Assembly (NCBI GenBank): GCA_040182905.1
Contig: JARQWU010000041.1
Coordinates: 1-53,392, forward strand
Length of the DNA: 53,392 nucleotides
Source of the DNA: Barthelona sp. PAP020
Taxonomy: Eukaryota
Direction: 5' to 3'
Shown: positions 21,063 to 30,002 of the stretch, one piece after another
Position numbering within the stretch: the stretch's first letter is position 1
Layout: every line of letters begins with the position of its first letter
Program-made: the position numbers and the translations under genes
Notes under the pieces: model-generated
What the model saw: the letters and a program-made list of their open reading frames with translations, nothing else
Told to the model about the DNA's origin: nothing
The model's database searches: none

Positions 21063-21572
21063 TCAATCATCCTTTAATCTCCAAATTAAATGAATTCCAT
21101 GGTTTGTTCGACAAACATCAACTTGACCTATTTCCAAATTTGCCACACTATCAAAAAAGACAGGATCCATGGGTTTGGCAGTAGAAGGAATCCCTTTTGT
21201 ATCAGTACCACCTTTATAGATTAATCCCAAATTACCACCAAAAAAACGTGCCTTATCTTCCCCAAATTGATAGGTTGCGTCTGCAAAAGATAAAGCTCCG
21301 CTTTGAATATACGATAAGATTTCATAAGCAAGATCATAAGCCTCTTCAACTGTACGTTTTATTGGAATTGTTGATCTATCAGGTTGAACCGCAGTAGGAT
21401 TTTTACACCCCACATGTTTTAGTACTAGATGACATGCTTTAGCTGTTTTAGGGGTGTAATTAGGAGGTCTTTCCCACGTGCTTTCTTTAATTTCTCGATT
21501 GTAATAAAAGAATCTTCCTGGGAATTTTTTCGATTCGTGCATTTCGATTGTGCTTTGTGCGGTATGTGACAT
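21063..21572 (-). CDS. PIN1: Pin1/Ess1-type parvulin PPIase with WW domain
   Basis: WW domain (GRFFYYN...STWERP) plus rotamase domain (CHLVLKH, GGNLG, GIHLI). Confidence 0.8.
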   Translation of the reverse strand: MSHTAQSTIEMHESKKFPGRFFYYNREIKESTWERPPNYTPKTAKACHLVLKHVGCKNPTAVQPDRSTIPIKRTVEEAYDLAYEILSYIQSGALSFADATYQFGEDKARFFGGNLGLIYKGGTDTKGIPSTAKPMDPVFFDSVANLEIGQVDVCRTNHGIHLIWRLKDD

Positions 21573-21761
21573 ATTAAATGAATTGTAAAAAAAAAAAATA
21601 GCTTCTTTTGTTGTGAGATTTGTCATTTTCCATTTCATTTATCATTTTGACGTTTTAAGATTTAAATATTTGGGTATTTTGACATTTTTATTTGTTCAAT
21701 GAAAACAAAAAAGTGAACATAATAAAAAAAAAATATTTATAGAAGAAAGTTTACAAAACTG

Positions 21762-22658
21762 TTAAAAATTGGCAATCTGAGATAATATTTCTCCAATTAT
21801 TGTACATAAAAAGGCGCCTTGCTTCAAAGTATGAGTGATAGGAAAAACATTAGATTTTGAGGACACTATTGCAATTAAAAAATATGTTTGATTTGAATCT
21901 GTATAATAAGATAAAGATTCTAAATTGATTTCAATATTTTTATTTAATAAAGCAGGTATTACAGGTAAATTTAAGGTAACAGCAATTACTGAATAATCTT
22001 TGTACTGAAAGATACCATTATTGGGTAAATCACCAAAAAAATTGGTTGATTTAACTATTAAATTTATAATATCAATCATTGTCTCAATTTTAACGATTGA
22101 AGATATTTTTGAAACGTCAACAGACGATTGTTCGATGGAATCCAATGTTAATTCACTGAATGATAATCGAGAATGAATTCTAGATGGTTTTTGAATAACT
22201 TTATTACCAATCAACATCTCACTAACTGTTGAGGAAGATAAAATGACTTGCCCAGGTATAATGTTTGTTAAATGATCAATAATGGCTTGAAAACAATCAA
22301 TTATAACCTCATGAATATGATGAGAAAATTGTTTAAATGGGGTCGTGTCAAAACCTTGAAATTCAGGAAACAATTGATAAAAGGTAGAAGTCATTCTTTG
22401 AGCGATTATTTGACCAATATCTGGGCTATCATCAACATCATGAAATATCGCAGCTGTTATTGCACTATGAGAATGGGTATATAATGAAACACAAAAATCA
22501 CTAAATTCTATATAAGATACTGGTAAACCAACTTGTAATTTTGCTTTTTCCATCAATACTACTAATAATGAACCAATCAAAGATGTGTGTTCATCTTGAA
22601 AATGTTTTTGAAATAATATTAAACCAGATGGAGAGACTAAAAATATGGCTCTTAGCAT
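21762..22658 (-). CDS. Longin-like domain protein
   Basis: N-terminal MLRAIFLVSPSGLILFQKHF and a longin-like beta/alpha pattern. Confidence 0.55.
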   Translation of the reverse strand: MLRAIFLVSPSGLILFQKHFQDEHTSLIGSLLVVLMEKAKLQVGLPVSYIEFSDFCVSLYTHSHSAITAAIFHDVDDSPDIGQIIAQRMTSTFYQLFPEFQGFDTTPFKQFSHHIHEVIIDCFQAIIDHLTNIIPGQVILSSSTVSEMLIGNKVIQKPSRIHSRLSFSELTLDSIEQSSVDVSKISSIVKIETMIDIINLIVKSTNFFGDLPNNGIFQYKDYSVIAVTLNLPVIPALLNKNIEINLESLSYYTDSNQTYFLIAIVSSKSNVFPITHTLKQGAFLCTIIGEILSQIANF

Positions 22659-22744
22659 TTTAATTCATCAAATAACATAATAGTTTGAAGGAATTTAAAT
22701 AAAAAAAGATATCGATTTATTTTAATTGAAATATTTTTTGTATT

Positions 22745-25700
22745 ATGACTGATATTGAAGTCAAAAAACAACCCAAAACTTTTTTCGATGATATTGGGAA
22801 AGGTCGAAGTGCTGTAACACCATTTGATTCTGAGAATGATGGAATTTTTTTCCAACAAAATGAATTTCAATTACTATGTGGGAAATTGGATCAAACTTTG
22901 TTGGATCCTACAGATATTACATCAAAATATGATGAGGGAACCATTATTAGATTCTATGGTGTCACAAAAACTGGTAATTCAATTTGTGTTGATGTACATG
23001 GGTTTAGGCCATATATTATTGTAAAAGCTAATGACGGATTTGTTGAAGAAGGAATTGATGAACTCAAATTGATATTATCTGATAAATTAAACACTAGTTA
23101 TAATCGAAGAGTTGTTGAAAATGGATGTATTAATATAGAAATTGTACAAGGAAAGTCTTTATATTATTATCAACCTGATGGTAATGCTACATTTTTGAAA
23201 TTTTATCTCAAAGATCACACTCTTTTGCCTTCAGCTAAAAAATTGTTACAAAAGGGGGAAATTAGAACCAAACATTTCTTTTGTCAGGAGAATATAGTCT
23301 ATGATTGTGCCATTGATGCAGGTTTGCGATTTATGGTTGATAAAGGACTAGTAGGTGGTGGTTGGGTTGAATTACCTCCTAATAGCTATAAATTAGTCTC
23401 AAATAATCAAAAAAAGTCAAGATGTCAATTGGAAATGGTTGTTGGATGTCAAAATGTGATTGCTCATGATCCTAATGAAGAAGGTTTTGATGTATTTGCA
23501 CCTTTAAGAACGCTTAGTTTTGATATCGAGTGTGTTTCAGAAAGTGGACATTTTCCAAAGGCTGAGACCGATAAAGTCATTCAAATTGCTTGTGTTACCA
23601 AGGTTCACACAGATGCTAAGCCATTTTCTGAAGTAATTTTTTGTTTGGAAGAAACTGCGCCTATTTCAGGTGTTGACGTCTACTCGTATTCCAATGAAAA
23701 GGATTTGTTGGATGCTTTTCAAAAGCACATTTTAGAAGTAGACCCTGATTTTATTACCGGATATAACATATTAGGCTTCGATTTTCCTTTTCTCTTTGGT
23801 AGGGCCAAAGTCTTGGGGTTGTCTACTTTTAGCCTTTTATCCAGAGATAAACAACAGAAATGTACAATTAGAGCGCATAGATTCAGTTCTAATCAAACCG
23901 GAACAAGAGAGTCAAACATCCTTCCTATGGATGGGCGTGTGGTGTTGGATGTCATGCTTCAAATTCACGCCGATTATAAATTGAGCAGTTATTCCTTAAA
24001 TGCTGTGTCCATTCAGTTTCTTGGGGATATGAAGGAAGATTTTGAACATTCTAAAATGTTAGAGCTATTCACTGAATCATCTTATACACGTCGTAAAATT
24101 GCTACTTATTGTTTAAAAGATGCTTTGTTGCCATTGAGACTCTTTGAAGAATTAATGATTTTGTATCGTATAGTAGAGCTTGCTAGAGTTACAGGAGTAC
24201 CTATTTCCTTTATAATTACACGTGGTCAGGGACCTAAGGTTATGTCACAAATTCATAGATCTGCATTGAAACGAGATTTTTTTGTTCCAGTCAGAGATCG
24301 TCTTGGTGGAAGTGCCAGTGGTTATAAGGGTGCGGATGTTGTCACTCCTATGAACGGGTATCATGAGTCTCCAATTTCAACACTTGATTTTGCCTCATTA
24401 TATCCTTCAATCATGATTGCTCATAATTTGTGTTATTCAACTTGTGTTTTGGAACGAGATTTGCTTCCATTAGATTCAGAAGATATTAGTATATCTCCTG
24501 AAATTGAATTAGAAGATGGAACGAAGAAAAAGTTTTATTTCTATAACAAGGAAAAGGGGTTATTGCCAGAAATCTTGGAAAATCTATTATTGGCCAGAAA
24601 AAAGGCCAAAAAGGACATGAAGAATGAAACAGATCCAGTTCGTAAGGCCGTATTAGATGGAAGACAATTGGCTTTGAAGATATCTGCCAACTCTGTCTAT
24701 GGATTCACAGGTGCTTTGGAAATTGGACAATTGCCTATGTTGGAGATCAGTGCTTCAACAACTGCATTTGGACGTGATATGTTGTTTTTTACAAAGGATG
24801 AGATTACAAAGCAATACCCAGGGTCACAAATTGTTTATGGTGATACAGATTCGGTGATGATCAAATTTGCACATACAAAAACTGTCAAGGAAGCCATTGA
24901 TGCAGGATATGAAGCCGCTAAGTTCATGACAGAGAAATATTTGCCTCCCATACGTTTAGAATTTGAAAAAGTATACTTCCCTTATTTATTGTTTTCGAAA
25001 AAGCATTATGCTGGATTGTTATGGACAGAACCTGATAAATGGAAAAAGATCGACATCAAAGGTATTGAAGCTGTTAGAAGAGATAATTGTTTGTTGACTA
25101 GAAATGTACAGAAGAAGGTTTTGAATCTTATTTTAGTGCAAAATGAACCTCAAAAAGCAGCCGAATTTGTGAAAAATATTGTAGCTCAACTTAGGCAAGA
25201 TAAGATAGACATGTCTCAGTTGATTTTAACGAAGGGTTGGACTAAAACAGAAGAGGAATATTCCAACCCTCAACCTCATGTTGAATTAGCTAAAAAAATG
25301 GCAAAGAGAGATCCAGGATCAGCACCACGTATTGGTGATCGTATTCCATATGTCGTTTTGAAGGGTCATCCCAAGCAAAGGCAATTCGAATTGTCTGAAG
25401 ATCCTTTGTATGCCTTGAATCATAGTCTGCAATTGGACCTAGATTGGTATACGGAAAGTATGATTGAAAAACCAATTAGAAAAATTTTTGAAGCTTTAGA
25501 GGAGGCAGGAATCATTAAAGATGTATCACAAATTTTTTCGGGAGAACATACAGCAAGAAGAAAGAAATCTGCTAGTGTCAAACATTCCGTCTTTAGTTCA
25601 ATGATACAAGTACAAAAAAGATGTATCGGTTGCAATGCAGTGTTAAAGGAGAACGAAACGGATTTATGTGAACATTGTAAGAGTAAATCAGCTGAGTTTT

Positions 25701-25939
25701 ACGTAAAGACATTGATTCATCATCGTGATGAAGAACATATATGTTCTCGTGTCCTCGCAGAATGCCAAAGATGTACTGAAGCTAGATTTGACGGTATTTC
25801 CTGTAACTCATCTGATTGTCCTTTGTTCTACTTGAGATTGAAATCTCAAAAGAATTTAATCGAAAATCAAAAAGAAATTGCAAGATTTGAACATCAGAAT
25901 AATAATTTTGAATATGTGCACATTGAGGATTTTATTTAG
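22745..25939 (+). CDS. POLD1: DNA polymerase delta catalytic subunit
   Basis: ExoI SFDIEC, DFASLYPSIM, KISANSVYG and YGDTDS motifs, plus C-terminal CysA/CysB. Confidence 0.98.
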   Translation: MTDIEVKKQPKTFFDDIGKGRSAVTPFDSENDGIFFQQNEFQLLCGKLDQTLLDPTDITSKYDEGTIIRFYGVTKTGNSICVDVHGFRPYIIVKANDGFVEEGIDELKLILSDKLNTSYNRRVVENGCINIEIVQGKSLYYYQPDGNATFLKFYLKDHTLLPSAKKLLQKGEIRTKHFFCQENIVYDCAIDAGLRFMVDKGLVGGGWVELPPNSYKLVSNNQKKSRCQLEMVVGCQNVIAHDPNEEGFDVFAPLRTLSFDIECVSESGHFPKAETDKVIQIACVTKVHTDAKPFSEVIFCLEETAPISGVDVYSYSNEKDLLDAFQKHILEVDPDFITGYNILGFDFPFLFGRAKVLGLSTFSLLSRDKQQKCTIRAHRFSSNQTGTRESNILPMDGRVVLDVMLQIHADYKLSSYSLNAVSIQFLGDMKEDFEHSKMLELFTESSYTRRKIATYCLKDALLPLRLFEELMILYRIVELARVTGVPISFIITRGQGPKVMSQIHRSALKRDFFVPVRDRLGGSASGYKGADVVTPMNGYHESPISTLDFASLYPSIMIAHNLCYSTCVLERDLLPLDSEDISISPEIELEDGTKKKFYFYNKEKGLLPEILENLLLARKKAKKDMKNETDPVRKAVLDGRQLALKISANSVYGFTGALEIGQLPMLEISASTTAFGRDMLFFTKDEITKQYPGSQIVYGDTDSVMIKFAHTKTVKEAIDAGYEAAKFMTEKYLPPIRLEFEKVYFPYLLFSKKHYAGLLWTEPDKWKKIDIKGIEAVRRDNCLLTRNVQKKVLNLILVQNEPQKAAEFVKNIVAQLRQDKIDMSQLILTKGWTKTEEEYSNPQPHVELAKKMAKRDPGSAPRIGDRIPYVVLKGHPKQRQFELSEDPLYALNHSLQLDLDWYTESMIEKPIRKIFEALEEAGIIKDVSQIFSGEHTARRKKSASVKHSVFSSMIQVQKRCIGCNAVLKENETDLCEHCKSKSAEFYVKTLIHHRDEEHICSRVLAECQRCTEARFDGISCNSSDCPLFYLRLKSQKNLIENQKEIARFEHQNNNFEYVHIEDFI

Positions 25940-25996
25940 AAAAAGATTTTTGTCAAATAATAAAGTTTTTCCATTTCTTTATTTATTTTTCTTCTT

Positions 25997-26314
25997 GTAC
26001 GAACCTTTTCCAGAACTTTCCCAAATTAGAGACTGGGAAAACTCAGTTGATTAACAAATAATAAACCTTAATCTTTATTCTTTTCGGAGGGTCCAGCGTT
26101 CCTGAAAGGAACCTCTCTTTTTTGAGACCTACTCTTTCATAGGCTTTCGTAGGAGAGCTACACCCCATGCGGGATGTGAAATACTGCATTACTAATTGCT
26201 CAAAAGAGCTTAACGCTTCGATATTTTTTAAAACTTATCCTATTTGTGCAAGTTTTCATGCATTCACCGTGGCAGGTCAAAAATTTGGGGGTAGGTTAAG
26301 GAAAAGTTCTGTAC
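25997..26314 (+). ncRNA. Candidate ~318-nt structured ncRNA of unknown family
   Basis: 25997-26027 pairs with 26282-26314 (~30 bp, several G-U pairs on +). Internal UUCG-capped hairpin, GTTCC-TGAAA-GGAAC hairpin, and nested AGCGTT/AACGCT and CTCTTTT..GAG/CTCAAAAGAG helices. Confidence 0.55.
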
Positions 26315-26738
26315 TTTGAGAGAAAATGGAGGTATGGGAAAATTTCGATTCGCCAAAAATAATAGGCTTGAAACAACCCTCTTTTTTTATTTGAATTTTT
26401 ACATGTTTTTTTGAAAATAAAGTTGAAAATTTCTGTCGTAAGACCACTGCTTTCTCAATCTTTTCTTTGATATTCTCCAAGAGCATTTTATTTTGATTGC
26501 CTTATCAATCAAACAACAAACAAACAAAAAATAAGTGAAAAATAAAATTCTTTGACCCATTCGTGATGCAAGAAAAATTTTTACATGTTGAAAAATCTAA
26601 TTGAAACTGTAAATTGTTGTTTATTTCAATTATTTTTAAATTAAATACATTAATTAATAGACAAAAAACATTTCATCAAGAAAAAAACTGAACTGTTGAT
26701 CTTCTTCAAAAAAGCTTCAAAATTCTTCAAAAAGCAAA

Positions 26739-26948
26739 TCAAACCATTTTTGATCTCCTGTACATATATAACAACGTCTCAGCAGTTTTATTCAAAGTTT
26801 TTTCAAGTTTTTTCAATTCAGAATTTCTAAAACCATTTTCACAATATATTTTGGTTCCAAAACAGCCTTCAACTCTTAAATCATAAAAGGCAGAATCTTT
26901 GAAACGATCTTTTGCAGTTTTTGAACCTTTTTTAACTGTTTTCATCAA
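26739..26948 (-). CDS. Small hypothetical protein (69 aa)
   Basis: ATG-initiated ORF just downstream of RPL23A. No recognisable motif. Confidence 0.3.
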   Translation of the reverse strand: MMKTVKKGSKTAKDRFKDSAFYDLRVEGCFGTKIYCENGFRNSELKKLEKTLNKTAETLLYMYRRSKMV

Positions 26949-27008
26949 AAAAAAAAAAAACTAACATAAAATACTCGGCGATTTATGAATATGGAAATGG
27001 AGATCCGC

Positions 27009-27531
27009 TTAGAGAATACCAATTTTAGAGGCTTGAACAAGAGCTTCAACATCCTTAGGTAAAGTAATGTATGCCTTCTTTCCTCCGTTAACACAATTCA
27101 ATGTATTGACACGGGCAGGTGTAATTTCATAAAGTTCATAGAAAGCTTGCTTAATTTGATTCTTGGAAGCATGAGGATCAACGATATAAGTCATTGTGTT
27201 CAAATTTTCCATCTTAAAAAGAGCAGTTTCGTTGTTGATAGGATGACGAATAATTTGGAAAGCGTCCATCATAGCATCGTTAATAATGGGATTAACAGCA
27301 TAACGAGGACTTCTTTTTAATTTAAGAGTTTTTGGGCGAGTGAAACGAACAGAGGTACGGATTTTCTTTTGAACGTTACGTGCACCAGATTGAACAATCT
27401 TTTGAGCCTTTTGAGCTTGACCTAAACATTAGAATATGATCATAACAAAAAATTTTTAAAATGGCCTAATAATGCAAAATATGCATCATTAATAATTATA
27501 ATCATCAACATAACATACCAGAAGGAGACAT
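27009..27531 (-). CDS. RPL23A: 60S ribosomal protein uL23; intron 27518-27422
   Basis: Exon 1 ATGTCTCCTTCTG, then a 97-nt GTATGT...CTAAT...TTTAG intron, gives MSPSGQAQKAQK...KIRTSVRFTRPKTL...NTMTYIVD...KKAYITL. Confidence 0.95.
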
Positions 27532-27720
27532 GAAAAATAATTGCCGAGAAAAAACGGAGCTTGGTGAAAATAAATAATTCCAAAACTTTTTCCAACTTTT
27601 TTTTTTTGTTTGGTCAATTTTCCAACTGATGTTGTACATGTACAACTCACTTAAATATTACAATAGTAAATATAAAATAAATTTGTGAATTAAGTTTACA
27701 ATTTAGAAAAAAAAAACACT

Positions 27721-28143
27721 TCAATGCTTTGAAATATTTCTTCGAAGCCTTTGAACCAACTTCATGTCTGATTCAAAAAGGGTTACTCTTTTGGCATGGA
27801 GACACAATAAATTAGCATCTTCAAATAACTCTGTCATATAATTCTCTGCAGCCTCTTGAAGAGCATTAAGGGCCTCTGATTGCCAACGAATATCATTTGT
27901 TTCTTGTTGATTAGCCAAATCACGAACAATTCTTTGAAAAGGAGCTTTTCTTAATAATGTTTGGGTGGAATCTTGCAATTGTCTAATTTGTGATAAAATA
28001 GCTTTTTTGGGTTTGTGAACTTTTGGTTTCGGAGTTCTCTTTTTTAATGTTGCAGTTGGATGTTTTAAACTAAGTTTGGCTTTTTTTCTGGAGATATTAG
28101 GTGGAACCGCACCAATTTTAAGATAGGAACGAACACCTGGCAT
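27721..28143 (-). CDS. CENPA: Centromeric histone H3 variant (CenH3/CENP-A)
   Basis: H3 fold with a divergent N-tail, longer loop 1 (ANQQETNDIRW), W in place of F84 and A in place of T107 (FEDANL). Confidence 0.8.
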   Translation of the reverse strand: MPGVRSYLKIGAVPPNISRKKAKLSLKHPTATLKKRTPKPKVHKPKKAILSQIRQLQDSTQTLLRKAPFQRIVRDLANQQETNDIRWQSEALNALQEAAENYMTELFEDANLLCLHAKRVTLFESDMKLVQRLRRNISKH

Positions 28144-28646
28144 GGAATGAAATCAAAAAAAAATTGTCAAAAACTGTAATTTTGTGTCAGTTTTCTAGAG
28201 TGACTTTGTTTTCAAAAAGAGCAAAAATAGTCAAAACTTTATCCTTTAAGGATGAATACCAAAATAGTATCAGATATTTTAAGTTGATAATGAACTGGAT
28301 TATTTGTTTTTGGTAAAAATGGCATAAAATGCAAAGTTACATTTCACCTGGCAGAGGTTAAATTGATGGTTAGAGAACAAATATGCTTGTGGTCAATGTA
28401 CAGAATTTATTCACAATTTGTGATGGTTTACATCAAACCCAAATATTTTACAAAAGAACAAAAAGAAGATAATTAGATACAAAATATGAAAACTAAAGAT
28501 CTCAGTGAACTTTGAATGTGAATAATCAAAAGTGAAAAAACAAAAAGTTTTATTTGTTGATTAAAACAAACCTAAACGAAGATATTCATATTTTAATAAC
28601 TTTTTGAAAATTATAAGAAGTTAAAAATATACAAAACATTGATATT

Positions 28647-29603
28647 ATGTCAACAATTCCAAAAAAAACATTTGCATGTACTTTTTGTGGAAAAGAATAT
28701 GAAACTGAAGCAAATATGAAAAGACATCGAACTATAGCACATAGAAATGAAATAAAATGTGAATATTGTGGAAAAAAATTTGTCGTTGAAGAACAATTAC
28801 GAATTCACATTGAATCAGTTCATAATTCAAGACGTTATGAATGTGAGCTATGTGACAAAGATTTTTCCAATGTTGGATCTTTGAGGAGACATGAAAAAAA
28901 TGCTCACAAAATTAGTAATTACAAATGTAAGATGTGTGAATCACAGTTTAATAATAATCAAGATTTGACCAAACATATAAACGAAGATCACATTGTCGAT
29001 GTAAAAAAAGAGAATCAAACTTTAAAGTGTGAGATGTGTGGGAAATATTTTGGATCACGAAGTGATCAAAAGCGGCATTTACGTTTGGTACATGGAAAAT
29101 ATAAACCTTTTCAATGTATCATGTGCAATCGATCATTTTCCCAAAACGCACATCTAAAAAAGCATGAGCAACGGTTACATCGCGCACATGACGATTATCA
29201 CTGTTCATATTGTGCTTTTGGGTTTAAAGAAAAAAAAATGTTGGATAAGCATACCCGTAGGTTTCATGTAGACCCAGTTGTTTATCGGTGCAAGTTCTGC
29301 AATGGAGTATTTGAACTTTTGGAGGATTATGACTCTCATCTAATTGAATCACATTTAGGTAGAGAGCCCTTTGAGTGTGAACTTTGTGGTTTGTGTTTTA
29401 GTTCCAATGAAAAACTGTTTTCCCATCAAGATAGCTATCATTTTGACAGACACATTGAATGTTTATTCTGTAACCTCGCTTGTCACACCATCGAACAGTG
29501 TGAGGAACATATGAAAACTTATCACAATTGCTTTGAGAAGTTGTCAGACATATTCACTGTTGAAATGTTCAACCATACGTATAAAAAAGAACCTTCCTTG
29601 TAA
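28647..29603 (+). CDS. Multi-C2H2 zinc-finger protein (~10 fingers)
   Basis: Repeated CxxC...HxxxxH motifs throughout the ORF. Confidence 0.93.
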   Translation: MSTIPKKTFACTFCGKEYETEANMKRHRTIAHRNEIKCEYCGKKFVVEEQLRIHIESVHNSRRYECELCDKDFSNVGSLRRHEKNAHKISNYKCKMCESQFNNNQDLTKHINEDHIVDVKKENQTLKCEMCGKYFGSRSDQKRHLRLVHGKYKPFQCIMCNRSFSQNAHLKKHEQRLHRAHDDYHCSYCAFGFKEKKMLDKHTRRFHVDPVVYRCKFCNGVFELLEDYDSHLIESHLGREPFECELCGLCFSSNEKLFSHQDSYHFDRHIECLFCNLACHTIEQCEEHMKTYHNCFEKLSDIFTVEMFNHTYKKEPSL

Positions 29604-30002
29604 ACAGTTTTAGTTTTATTACAAATCACAAATGTTTTCAGCCTTCCAACTTATTAAAGCACTCCAAAGATTCTTTTTCATTCCTTTTCAAGATTTTCAG
29701 GTGAAAATCCCTTAATTTAATTGTAAATTTTAGTTTAATCATATATATGTATTTATATGTGCATATATATTTGATATTTATTGTTATTTAAAAGATACAA
29801 AGAAAAAAGGGAATATGTAAAATACGAATTAACATTAAGTGTTGGGGATTGGATAGAATGTGTTTGCATTTGTAAAAGATTTAGAGCGAATAACAAATAA
29901 ATGAAAGATTTTTGTTTCTTTTAAACAACATTAACACCATTTTAATGACTTTTCGATAATTTTTATTAATTGATATACAATATTTATAATATTCTTAGGG
30001 TA

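Noticed and set aside
26277..26360. Minus-strand AATTTTTGAC (Sm-like) with upstream GAAATTTTCCCATACC, reminiscent of U4
   Set aside because: No U4 5' stem-loop or central hairpin, and G-U pairing in this region mostly favours a + strand RNA.
28345..28358. CACCTGGCAGAGG, resembling the U1 snRNA 5' region
   Set aside because: Lacks ACTTAC and the downstream U1 loops; likely chance.
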